Source: Stylophora pistillata
Lineage: Eukaryota
Length of the DNA: 64,000 nt
NCBI RefSeq assembly: GCF_002571385.2
Contig: NW_019217844.1
Location: 38,322-102,321 of the forward strand
Direction: 5' to 3'
Part shown: positions 51,101 through 63,798 of the stretch, one piece after another
Numbering within the stretch: the first letter of the stretch is position 1
Layout of the letters: every line of letters starts with the position of its first letter
The notes under the pieces: generated by a model
Seen by the model: the letters and a program-made list of their open reading frames with translations, nothing else
What the model was told of the DNA's origin: nothing
Databases searched by the model: none
Made by a program: the position numbers and the translations under genes

Positions 51101-53799
51101 TGAAGTTTCCAAGAAAGAAACATAGACCAAAATATTAGATACAGATTTGGATAGATAAATTGTCTGATGATCAATTAATAATAAAACATGCTTTTTTCTC
51201 ATCAAGCAGACTCTTGGCTCATAACACTTAAGTTCCCATGATTGACCAAGACAGAATTTTTCCTCACAATATCAAGACAACATCAAGCAGACAAGAGATA
51301 AGGATGAGAATGGAGAAAATATCAATTAATGGATTATTAGCTGATCCAATACCAAATTCTCCAAACTAACATCATAAGAATTGTATGGCAGAAAATAAGA
51401 CAAGTTACCATGATGAGATTTTGGGAATGAAAGAGAAAAATCACTGAGAAAAACTGAAAGGTGGCTGCATGACAACAAAGAGCATCCCAAACTTTTTTTC
51501 CAATACCTGCCTCTCCCCTTTTTGATTGAATTATGTGTAACAACTGCAACTGGAATTTAAAATGCAAACTTATAGACAAGACCTGATAGACTCAGAAAAA
51601 CAACAAAAATATCATCTTGTTTACTCCATAAACAATTGTCACCAAGCCATTTTCCCCAAAATGAGGGCATGTAACATTTGACTGCTGAATATCCATACAC
51701 TTCTAATCTGTAACAGTAATACCAGCATACCTTAATCCTAAATGAAATTTCCCAAAGGGTCTTAAAAAATGAATAAAAGCCAAACTGGAGCCCAGCATGA
51801 GGGAAAATCTGCACTAGAGTAGGAGCAAGCCCTGAAAAGACAAAGAGAAAGTGTTGGTAATTCTATGATGAAAACAATTTTTTGGCATTTGTCATGCAAA
51901 ATATTCTGACTGACAATAGTCAAACATTTTGTCTCCAAGAGTTATCATTGGATAAACTATCCTTATAATTCAGTACACCATGAAGTGAATGGGTGATAAG
52001 ATTTCAAAAAATTTTCCAGAGTTCCTTCCTTTTTCTGAGCAAAAATTCCCAAAAATTAACAAAGAAATACTGTAGGTGTTAATGAGTAGGAGGAACTGTG
52101 TTTTAAATCTTAGAAAAAGCCCATAATGTATACATTTTTATAGGAGAATTTGTACTGAAATGGCTTTGTAATAGAATAGATGGGAAGAGAAATTACAAGA
52201 TTAGTACCATTATAATTATAGTAACATGATAATATCGGATAATATGAATATAGACAATACAAGGAAAATCCTTGTCCTTGATCTAAATACAGGATACCTT
52301 AACTAAAAGTGTTGTTTACATGGCGAGTATTACATCAATTCATATATTTAACAATTGGTTCATACGTCAGCAAGCATTCATCGAGATATGAATCACGCGG
52401 GAAGTTTGGAGAGCACAAAAGATGCACAAGAGTTGCTCGGGGCGTAGCCGAGAGCAACTCTAGCTTCTTGAGTGCTCTCCAAACTTCCCAAGTGCTTCAT
52501 ATCTCGATGAATGCACAGCTGACGTATGAATCAATTGTTTTATAACATTTTCAACACTGTAGTTTATGTATAAAGGGCAGAAATTCCCTCTCCTATGNNN
52601 NNNNNNNNNNNNNNNNNNGCAGATCATGTGATCTGAATTATACCTTTATCATAAGAAGAATTCTAAAATTATTAAGAGCACAACATTAATTTGTATGAAC
52701 CTGGTTTCCATTTTTGATCTGTACATCTAGGATTTACCCTCCACATAACCTCTGTAATGGCTTCAAAAGCTGTGAACTGGATTAAAAAAAACTTTTAGCA
52801 TTCTTATCTACAAGTAAAATATTTGTTTTCTATGAATATCGATTAAAGCTAACCTGAAAATATCCATAAACCACTGATAGAACTTGAGCAGGTACATGAC
52901 CTTTCCTGTTGCAATTAAAGTAGATAACCATTCACTAATGAATTCATACATGTTATACAACAAGTATTGGTATGTTCTTACTTCTCAAACCTAGCTCTAA
53001 CTTATAAAACTCTACATGCTCCTCAATTTCATCCATGTAACGGTTCAAAATAATATTTTTCCTCAGTCGGTTTTAGGGGTAAAACGAAAGCATGAGGATA
53101 AGTTTGATACAGAAAATTTTGACTTCAGCCGAGGAGAATACTGAATCACAACATATTATAACACAAGCTATATTTTATCTTGGGAAAACATAATTTGCTT
53201 ACCAGAGCGAAGTAAATCCTTCTTCTTTGTAAATAAGTTTGAATGCTTGCCATATTCCTGAGTATTTACCTGTGGCTATTTTCTATCACAGAGATAAACA
53301 TTATTTATGTTTCAACTTTTATTCACTTATTTTGGAGTGTTAGTTGTATGTACCGTACGGCAGATAAATAAATTACTTCTTTTTAAGGAAAAAAAAAAAA
53401 CTACATTTAGAACTTGCTTTTCTCATTTATTTCGATCCAAACAAAGCCATTAATTCATACTGCGAAAAAAAAAATTGAATAAGAAAAAAAAAAAGCTTCC
53501 GCACTCAACAATTCTGATGGCTGATGGCCTGATGGCCTGATGCAACACTGGAAGATAAGCTTGCTCAGATCTTTGATATAGCCGGTTTCTTTACACAAAA
53601 CTTCGAGAAACTCATTTAAAGCCTTCATGAAATAATTTATCACCTTGGATGTAGGTTCAATCTGAAGTTGAAATCGTATTTTAAGGACATCGAAGGGTTG
53701 AACCACCAAACGAGTTACTAGCCCAGACACAGAGCCACATACTCCACACTGGGTTGAAGATATCTTCTTCTCTTTACGACCTGGATCAAAACCAACCAT
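48113..53799 (-). CDS. SLC25A19: Mitochondrial thiamine pyrophosphate carrier. Visible exons about 53644-53799, 53203-53282, 52853-52904, 52700-52778, 51731-51831, 50797-50913, 49504-49641, 48113-48214; part of repeat 2 is not visible
   Basis: MVGFDP...GSVSGLVTRLVVQPFDVLKIRFQLQIE, KYSGIWQAF..IYKEEG...WKGHVPAQVLS, GLAPTLVQIFPHAGLQF, YPLDMVKKRLQVQGF. Confidence 0.93.
48291..48750. mobile_element. TTAA/CCC-ended (piggyBac-like) MITE followed by a SINE fragment
   Basis: TTAACCCTTTACACCC...AAGGGTAAAA; then the TCTCCTGGGTGGAGAGAGGCACTG SINE-core-like motif. Confidence 0.55.
52350..52542. mobile_element. Palindromic element with GCGTAGC apex
   Basis: AACAATTGGTTCATACGTCAGC...GCTGACGTATGAATCAATTGTT, arms of about 95 bp. 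Confidence 0.8.
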
Positions 53800-54205
53800 T
53801 TCCTCAGCGAATACATGCTCTGATCACATTTGGACTCAGCTGATAATTGGTAGGGAAACCACAGCAAACAATAACAATCGTTTCATAGCTGTGCAATCCG
53901 GTAAACCCTACACTAGCGCACACCCCACTGCCTCCGCCATCTTGATCATGTTGAACCGAGAAAGATTGAGTTCTAGAAGAATTCCCGCGGGATCTTAAAC
54001 TTGTCACATGTCAAATTTTCGATATTTCATTGGTTATTTTCTCGCAGGATCAAAGGATCATCTTTCAAAATCAATGGAATTTAAATTTCGTGACGATCAG
54101 CCGATCATCGTGGTTGCGGTCGTTATTTTGAAACTGACAGATTATGTTGTTGTGTGTCAGTAATTGCTGATTTTTGTTTTGCACTTTTTATTGGTGCTGT
54201 AAGCT
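53800..54205. promoter_or_regulatory. Bidirectional promoter region SLC25A19 / KIF14
   Basis: Divergent ATGs about 400 bp apart; TTCCCGCGGGA E2F-like site at about 53982, ATTGG at about 54029, CHR-like TTTGAA at about 54127. Confidence 0.55.
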
Positions 54206-57200
54206 ATGTCTACTCCTACCAAAGCAAGAGGGAAGCGCGCGCTCCCCAGTATTCCTCTAAACAGAGCGGCCAGTTCTGATGGCATAGTTACTACGACGCC
54301 GAAATCGTCAAAAGTTATCTCCAAGAAAACAAATTTGGACTCTGCACGCGTTGACGTGATGAAGAACAGAAACTACACCTCACAGCAGAAGCAAAAGAAT
54401 GGCACGATCATGAATTCGAAGGCACCAGCAACAGAGTTGATTTCGAGAAGGAAGGATCTTTCCTCAAGCGAGAGTGGTTCTAACACGAGCTCCCCCTTAA
54501 ACTCCCCGCGAGCAACACGGAAGGCAACTGTAAGGCCGGTAGTGGCTGAGGTTATTGATAAGTTTTCCAGCAAATCACAGACAATTGAAGGGAACGAGAT
54601 CAAAGAAGAGACATCAGGTTCGGAAAAAAAGATCGCGCGTGTTTTGCCGATGACACCGCAGTTTATCGAAGAACACCTGATTACAAATACAGAGAGTGAA
54701 CCTTCGTCGACTAAACCGTATGACGATTCTTCTCTGATCATCAACAAACTGCAATCCACCTTGGGGTTGTTGAAAGGAAATGATGGAGTAAAGGGTTTTG
54801 AGGACAAAATGGATTCCGGTGTTCCGCCGGCTTTAAAACCACCCATGTCAACAGCACCGCAACAAGTGTCTTCCGCTGGTGGCGATGGGGAGGGTTCGAG
54901 TGTAAGGGTTGGGGTGAGAGTTCGACCTTTCTTACCAAGGTAATGTGATACTTTTTATTGATAATGCGATAAGAATAAACCATAAGAATTGACTCGAGCG
55001 GGAAACAATCCGCTATTGATAAGTTATTTGTTTGTTTGGTATTTCGTGAGCGCGTGAGGTATTACAATATCACATTTGATATTTGTCATAATTACGGACA
55101 AGTGAAGTAGCTGATTAAAAAATTGATATTTTTTTCGCGCAAAAGCTGTTTGGTGACGAAAGTTTGGGGTCCTCCTTCGATCAATGTACACTATAGGGAA
55201 CAATGAGACACACTTTATAATATTGTGTGAGTCCACATATTTGAATCTCCTCTTGTGTGACTTCAGTTTGACCGGATGTTGTTTCGAGCGTGTTTGAGTC
55301 GCTTTAGAGTTTCGGTCGCTCCCTTCTACTTCCTAATTACAGCTGGATCAAGGGTTCTGTAAAGCAGCGAAGAAATCCAGCGTTTCGGTAGTTTTGTTTA
55401 CACAATTTGCATTCTTTTTCAATGACGTCTTAATTAAAAACTCTTTAATCCATTTGTGTCCATCTCGGGTGATCAACTCCATTGTTCCTTTTTAAAAAGA
55501 CTTAAAGATAATCCCATGTTCAGTACAAGAGGTTTTAAAATGGTTGAGTTAGCTCTCTTGTCTCATAGATTACTATCTACTCACGAGTGTTCTTTTCCCC
55601 CTAAGTCAGCTTGAGATCAATATAATATTCAAACTATGCAACTCAAGAGTTGCTCTTGGAATTTACAAATTCATGAGAAGGAGTAACATAACTCTCTTTC
55701 TTATCTTTACATGTAAACATAAAAAAAGTGATGGTGTCAATCATAGCAGAGACGCGACAAATTGCAATATGTAATTAACTTTTGTCTACACTATGTTGTC
55801 TGAGAGTGTACTAATTAGGAAGCGAAAGTTATTTTAGTTAGGAAGCAAAAAAACATTGTCACAATTGTATCAGGGAGAATATCGCATAAATGGAAAGTGC
55901 TTATCATTGTCATTTCCAAGATTGCCCAATATTGAAGGTTCCTCAACGAGCTGCAAATGACTTTCAAGAAATAACATGGCAAGATTTTCATCTTATGAAT
56001 CTCCTTATGTATGAACGTGTCTTCAGAAAGATCGGCTCATAAAACAGGACCACAGTGAATTGATTTCAAACTCATCCCTCATAATAACACACCATTCTAA
56101 GGTCTTATTTTTACAAGCCCTGCCTGATGAGGTGACTCCATTTCAGAATCATTGCCTCACCACCTCATTCTTTGAAAAAAAATATGTTCATATAAGAAAG
56201 CCAGCTTGCTTACAAAGATCAGAGTCATGTTCTGTGACCACAATATTTGATGACATGTTACAAACTTTCTCTCATCTTTAACAATTCTTATCCTTGAACT
56301 AAATTTCAAGGGTTGCAACAGACTTAGGCTTGATTTCCACTGCTCTCTTGAGTCTGATCTTTTTTGTTTCTTCATGAGAAGAGACTGGACAGGAGTAGAG
56401 GAGGCTCTGGTTCCCTAACAGCAGCTGTTAATCAAGCCTACAACATTTAACCCCTTAAGTTTCCCTTATGAGCAATAACCAGGCTAAAATAAAAGCTCAT
56501 TGATTTAGTGGAAGAGCAATCATCATTAATTTATAAAAAGATGTACTACTTGTTTATTTTTATTAGCTTTCTGAACCTTTACATTCATGACCTATTGAAT
56601 CATAACATATCAACTGATTGGAGCAATAGATAATACATTGTAAAACTATTTGACGTTTTATGAACTACAGTCACACTTCTATTAAGCAGCACTGTATTAA
56701 GCGGTCAGTTGTCAAAGTCCCTAATTTGTTTCTCCTTAATCATTGTAATTTTCAATTGTGGATAGTTTGGCATTGTTTATCATTCTTTTTTTTTTTTTTT
56801 TTATAATATCCCTAATATGGGGAACCTATATTTAGCAGTCAACCTGTATTATTCAGTCAACCCACCATTCCCTGTGGGTGACCACATAATATGGGTTCAA
56901 CTGTACTTATCCCACAGTAATAATTTTTCTTTTTTAATAATCCATAGAGAAGAGAAAGACCCAAATGTGAAGCTGTGTATTTCTATGAAGGATCATGAGA
57001 CTGTTATCACTTCAGATGCTGGCATGGAATATCAATTTAATTACGATTACTCTATTTGGTCATTTGATCCTAAAGACCCAAACTATGTTGATCAAGAGAA
57101 GCTTTATAAGTTGATGGGACAGCCTCTTCTCAACAGTGCTTTTGAGGGATATAACACCTGTCTGTTCGCCTATGGCCAGGTATCTAAACTCATATGTGTG

Positions 57201-60200
57201 TGATTGGCATCCACAGTTATTTCTCTCTACAGTACAAACCACAGAGACAAATTTTTAATTTGCCTCATGACAAAGTCACTTCCAATTTTTGAACTGCAAC
57301 ATTTTCACTGTTTACTGCTAGTCTTCCTCTTGTTTTGAGGTGACTCTTCGTGTCACCTGATGAAACAATTTGCTCTCTAGGGATTTAATATTTGCCATAG
57401 CTATGATCTTTGAAAGCCATTGAGTGAATTTAATTTTGCCATTTATACTTTCCTCCTTACAGACAGGATCAGGGAAGTCTTAAAGGTAAGTCCAGAATAT
57501 CAACTCAATTTTATGTTTCACCTGATGAATTTGCTGTTAGCTACTTATACATATAGTACATGGATATGTGTATGTTAAACATGTAAAAAAAATTGCCAAT
57601 CTTGTGAATGTAATTGATCTCTTATTTTTCACAGTGTAATGGGACAGGGAGATGAAATTGGCATTTTGCCAAGATTCTGTGAAGAGTTGTTTGAAAGGAT
57701 CAAATGTTGGAAAGAGGTAGACGTCTTTCCTCTTTATTTTTAGAAAGAAAATGAGGTATTTGTACATTTCGTCGGCACAGTTTAGGAACTTGAAGTTGCG
57801 ACCATGCCCATTTTTGTTTTCTAGTTGTTGTTTTTTTTCATATAATTTATTTAAGTGTACTTCCTTTCTTAAAGTTAAAGTTATTAATAAATTTGATAAA
57901 AGTTAGATAGGTAGTTGTACAGCTATTAGATTTTTTCACTTCTTCTTGATGTACACAGCTGCAGTTCACAGTGGAAATAAGTTACTTTGAAATCTATAAT
58001 GAGAGGATTCATGACTTGTTGGCATCAAGTAAAAAGAAAGATGGCAAAAGAGCTCAGGTAAATTATGCACAGCATGAATTTTACATCAATGAACTTTACT
58101 AAATGAGCATGTACATTAGGTTTTAAAAGTAGCATTTGGGCATAGCAATATTGAGTCTATAAAATTGTCAGAATTAATAGTTTTAATGCTAATGATGATG
58201 TATAGATTGAAAACTGACAAAAGAATTAAACCGGTATGGAAATAAATTCAACAAAGGCTTTTTATGCATTTGATCTTTGGATTAATTACAACTGTATTGT
58301 TACATGTGCATTTCTGCAGTTGAGGGTCAGAGAGCACCCAATATTGGGACCATTTGTTCAAGATCTGACTACGTGAGTACCATTTATGTAACATATTTTT
58401 ATACCTATCAACATCTTAACAACGAAGAGTAAGGGCTGTACCTATATCTTATTAACCAAGTGCGAGGGCCGTACTGGGAGAATATCTGCCTGAGGTCTTG
58501 ACAGTACGGACCTTGCTGCACTCGGTCTGTACAAAAAAGATTGAGGGCCGATTTTCTTCCAGTACAGTCCCAAGCAAACTTGGTTAATAAGAGATTTATT
58601 ATACAACTGAAGTTCAAGGGACACAAGTGCAGTATCATTCAGGACCATTTGGGACAGTGCCTGGTCCAATACTGAGAGAATATTGACCAGCAATAGAGCA
58701 TTTTGATTGGTTGATTTTAGTTATTGGCCCTCTGACTGCCCGAGTCGTGTAGTAATATGGAATATTGGCTTGAGGTCTTGGTAGTGCAAACCTTACTGCA
58801 CAGTATTCCCAATCAATGTAGTAGTTTCATGTTTTCAAGTTACTTCTTCTTGTTACTCAATGATCTTGGATTCATCCTTAGGTACACTGCAAGTTCATAT
58901 GCAGATGTTGAGGTGAGGAAGAAAACTCAATAACTGTGTTCAAAAAAAAAATTGAACAGATATACCTTTGATATGAATTAAGTAACAAAGTGTTATTGTT
59001 TGTATCAGGACTTTGTCACTTAATGTCTACACTGCCAGGGCTTGACACTGACTTTTCAACTTACTAGCCAAGTGGCTGGTGACAACTTAGATGTCATGAC
59101 AAATTTGAGTTTGTTCTCTAGCCAAACTGGCCATTGGAAATAAAAAAATTAAACACTAGTCAAAACTGAATTTCTACTGGTCTGTGGCTATTTGGCTACC
59201 GTTAGTGTCCAGCCCTGACTGCTAATTCCACAATAAACCTAATCTTTATTTTGAGACATTCAATATTTAGTAATAAGACATTTTCTTATGATTTGCAACA
59301 GTTACTAATATTTTTAAGTCACCTTGTATGTCTTACTGGTAATGTCAATTCGTGGGAAATTATGGAGAATTGGAGAAAGATGCTTTCAGCTGAGTCACAT
59401 GGTTGAAAATAAATCATGCTCTTATGCAGGCATGTGACATCAAATTCTCAACTGCTGGCAGGAAAATCATAGGAATTGTCAGACCCTTGAGTATTTTTCA
59501 TTGGAATTGATTTTAGAATTAAGCTCACTTTGGAATGCTCCATAGGTTTATTGAACTGGTCACACAATGTTAAACTATTGTTATTTTGTCTCTATGAGAC
59601 GGAGAGACTGAAGTTAAGGTTGACTGCCTGCATTGATGTACTTGGAGCTATTTTTACTTCTCACTTTTTTTTGGTTTCATTTCTGTTTTTTTTTTTTTTT
59701 TTTTTTCCCAGTCTTGGCTAGCTGTTGGAAATAGTATTAGAGCAACAGCCGCCACAGGAATGAATGACAAGAGCAGTCGTTCTCACTCTGTTTTCACCCT
59801 GGTCATGACACAGACAAGGGTAAGGCAAACAAAAATATTTGTCCTTATACTGTAATCCTTGAGTGAGACATTCATCTTCATATTCCTTTGACTGATAAAA
59901 TAAATTATAGGAATTTTTGTTGCCCTAGTTTTATAATGGCAAAATACCACTGCCTTGTTAGCACGGGTCTTTTTCAGAAATAACTTTAAATTTACTTTAT
60001 TGTACCTTTGGTCTTGGCAAGACTTTTCCAAGCTCAACTATAATTTGTCTATAGATACGCTCCTTCCCCCAGAAGTTTATTTGAGAATGCTTGATTTATT
60101 TTCCACTCTAGTAATTCATTCATCTCCTTTTTACTCATAGACTGAGATATTTGAAGATTCAGAAACACAGATGACGACAGCCAGTAAAATAAATCTGATT

Positions 60201-63200
60201 GACTTGGCTGGAAGTGAGAGAGCAAGTCAGGTGTTGAATGACCAGGTGGTCAAGACAGCTGAGACTGCAGCACTTAGACTCAAGGTAATTAACATCCAAA
60301 AATTGTCCAAAATACAGGCCCCATATTATCAATTACCTTGTTGTTCATCCTCACTCAAATATATAAAGGCTGATAGTTTCGAAAGAAACTGTTTGGGGCT
60401 GCGTCAGTGAGGTTACTAAATAATTTGAATATATCAACAAAGTTGAAATGGTAAATTGGCCACCGTAATGATTACAAAAGCTGACGTTTTGAGCATTAGC
60501 CCTTCATCAGAGTGAATAGCGGAGTATAGAGAATAGTTGGAGCCAAAAGCTATTCACTCCGACGAAAGGCTAACGTTGAAACATCAGCTTTTGTAATCGT
60601 TACGGTGGCCAACTTACCATTTCAACTTTGTTGATATATCCAAATTATTCCCACTCAAATGTGACTGATAGTTTTTGTCATACCTTGCACATTACAAATG
60701 CATTTGCTAGGAAACAATAATTTTTTCAACAAATTATGACGAAAGAACCACGAGATTTTTTTATTGAAATCTGTTTCTACTATTTTTTGTTAGAACTAAA
60801 TCACAACTTGTCAAAATTTCTCAAAGGATAGTTATGGATTTGAAGAAAAGCAAAGTGAAATCAAGAAATGCCTCGCCCAGTGAGGCAAGTGAGAAAAGCA
60901 AGAGAAACAAAACTAAAGAGTTTGTTTTTAATTCCAGGAAGGAGGCAGCATTAACAAGTCCTTACATACACTTGGTAAAGTGATATCTCTACTGTCAGAC
61001 AGAGAAGCTCAGTCCAAAAAGAAAATGTACATACCTTACAGAGACTCCACTCTTACTTGGTAAGTATATGTCAATGTCTTACGTAGTCTTGAGGGTACAA
61101 GAGATAAAAGCAAAAAACAATTTATCAACTTAAGATCCATTAAATTACTTTTTGAAAGGAGTTTTCTGGCAGTTCTGGTAGCTTTACTTATTTTAATTCC
61201 AAAAAAGGAAAGGAAACAATGCTATAATGGTTATGATGAAAATCATGGTTTTGTAAGTTGTTATTATTGCACTAATTTTTAACTGTGATGCTAGAGTACA
61301 ATACGATATGATACACAGAGTTGTTTGACCTTACTGATACTCATTATTTGGGACATTGATTGTCATCAGTCAAGCACTTAAAGGCTAGACACTAACAGTA
61401 GCCAACCACCCACAGACTAATAGAAATTCAGTTTTGGCTAGGGGTTTTTTATCTCCACCAGCCAGTTTGCCTAGTAAACGAACTGAAAGTGTTGTAACGT
61501 CTAAGATGTTGCTAGCCACTTGGCTAGTAAGTTCAAAAGTTAGTGTCAAGCACTGCACTTGTTTCTTAATGGTGGCCAATTTACCATTTCAACTTTGTTG
61601 ATATATTGAAATTATTTCTTAACATTCTTGTTGCCATGAGAGTCACGGCCTTCTCAAAGTGAGCAATAGTTTTTCCCATGCATGACAAAAGATGACAAAC
61701 ATCATGGTTTATTTATTTTGAAGGTTACTGAAGGACAGTTTGGGTGGAAACTCAAAGACAGCCATGATAGCTAATATCAGCCCTGCCAGCACTTCATTTG
61801 GAGAATCACTGAGTACTTTGAGATATCCTTTTTGATTGAAAGCAAAATGATATTCCTGGAAATTTGTCATTTTTTTGTGATGTGATCCTTTGCTCTCTAA
61901 GTTGAAGAGATAAATTTGTTTATCCCTGTCACTTGTGAAAAATTGGTCCTTACAACATGATAGCTGCAATAATAGCAATTTCCAAGAGAAAAACCTGAAA
62001 AAGAAGCTTTGATGAAACTGGATCTGTGCCTTTTCAGCTCTTTGCCTTTTGGTGGGTGTTGCTATCAACTGAGCTATGAAGCCAAATATTTCAGACAAGG
62101 CAAATTTTAGAGGGTACCTCTGTGCCCTGTAAGGAAATTTACCCACGATTTGTTTATTATATTTTAATTAAATATTTATTCATGGTAGTATTTATAATGT
62201 CATTACAGTAATCCAGATGGCACAGGTGATTGGTTTCTAAAGGTTACCATAATTGCCATAGAATTCTTGACATTCCCTGTTAGGATCATACTGTTCTTCC
62301 TGTCCTTGACTCTTTTTAAATATGCCCAGAGAGCGCGTACAATTGTCAACAGAGCAATCATTAACGAGGATCCAAATGCGAAGATCATTAGAGGTAAGTT
62401 GAAAAAAAAACGTGAGTGGTACATGTTTGTGATTACAACAGGGGTTTTGCAAAGTGTTTGTAAACAAAGGAACATGATCGAAGATATAGATCACAGAAAA
62501 AAGAAATTCTTACAATATTTCAGGAGGAAAATTCAAAAGAGGTACAGTTTAATACAGGGGTGCAGCTGTTCTTTCTGGTAACCTGTTTTAAGTTTTATCT
62601 CTAAACATTTTGATATATATATGTATATGTATGTTTTGGATACAACCGAGAAAGGCTCGAAAAGCATTCATCTGCTGATTGCAAATTATGGAACCAAATT
62701 AATACCTTGTCCAAACTGATGGAAGGGGTTCCATTGAACCCCCCCTCCTCCTCCTACACCCCTCTCCCAGGATTTAGAGTTGAAGGAAGATGTTGAAGAT
62801 GGTGTGAACTGCATGTGGCTATTTTCCCTTAGACACAGACTAATGTCTTTCATATTTGTCCAGAATTAAAAGCCGAGATCGAGAGATTAAAACAGTCTCA
62901 CGTTGAAGGGAACCAGCAGATAAGCGCCAGAGCCTTGGCTGAAGTTGCTTCGTTGAGAGAGAAGCTGAAGGAGACACAACGCCTATTGGCTGAGTCAACT
63001 CGGTAAGTGAATCAATGTGCACAGTTTTTTATTATCTTTTTTTTAACTTAAATCGAAAATCCTTGGAAGTGGGTTGTTTGCTTTTTTGTTTTTCTTTGTT
63101 TCTTTTCTCTTGTCGCGTTTTGATCGCAAAAAAATACCGATTTGTCCCAGAGAGAAAATTTAAAATAAGAAAGTGGCAGAAAAATATTTTAATCCTACAA

Positions 63201-63798
63201 CACCAAAGGCACTGAACGATCTGTCTTGGATTTTCGTGTCGAGTTTAACAAACTATGATTTTCTGAATGTGGTGATTTTTGATCGGTATTGTTCCAGTAC
63301 CGTTCATCCGTATCTCTTCCTTGACAAGTATGGAATCATGTTCATAGATTAAGACCACACTTTCACAAATCGTTTACGTGATTAAGCTCCAAATCTCCGG
63401 ATTCAAATGTTTTCAACTTCTTACTGACGCTTGTGACTTCTTAAGTCATATAATAAAAGTTTTTCAGGATATCTCTGAGATGTATTGGATAATTGTTTTT
63501 CCTATACTTTATTCTTTCAAGGAACTGGCAAGAAAAACTTGCGATAACGGAAAAAAGGAAACTGGAAGAAGCCGAAAAGCTCAAGGTACAATGAACGTCA
63601 CGGTATTACTAGACAGTTGCGTGTACGTGAAAGCTTTTCCTTACTTTTCTTATACCTTGGTTAAACTACGTTTTCTTTGCTGTTTCTCGTCACAGAAAGC
63701 AGGCATCTCTTTTAAAGTGGATAATCGGTTACCAAACCTTGTTAATTTGAACGAAGATCCTCAGCTGTCGGAAATGTTACTGTATATGCTGAAAGAAG
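54206..63798 (+). CDS. KIF14: Kinesin-3 KIF14, 5' portion (N-terminal extension, motor, neck, start of FHA region); continues past the window; in-frame TAA at 57481-57483 in this sequence
   Basis: [72 protein letters not shown], and the KIF14-like [35 protein letters not shown]. Confidence 0.93.
56668..56903. mobile_element. Tc1/mariner-type MITE, degraded
   Basis: TA|CAGTCACACTTCTATTAAGC...GGTTCAACTG|TA. Confidence 0.55.
58443..58752. mobile_element. Hairpin-ended element, same family as 24050-24361
   Basis: Near-identical hairpin and tail. Confidence 0.8.
59036..59217. mobile_element. CAGGGC-terminated MITE with 5-bp TSD (related copy at about 61380-61555)
   Basis: ACTGC|CAGGGCTTGACACT...AGTGTCCAGCCCTG|ACTGC; second copy flanked by CACTT. 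Confidence 0.75.
60365..60650. mobile_element. Inverted pair of Penelope pseudo-LTR fragments
   Basis: Matches 20388-20540; arms at about 60418-60519 and 60550-60649 are reverse complements. Confidence 0.8.
61823..62319 (+). other. U12-type (minor spliceosome) intron with AT-AA termini in KIF14
   Basis: 5' site ATATCCTTT, branch site TCCTTGAC at 62303-62310, 3' end AA; removal gives STLR|YAQRAR in frame. Confidence 0.88.

Noticed and set aside
54373-54846. 157-aa minus-strand ORF
   Set aside because: Antisense shadow of KIF14 exon 1
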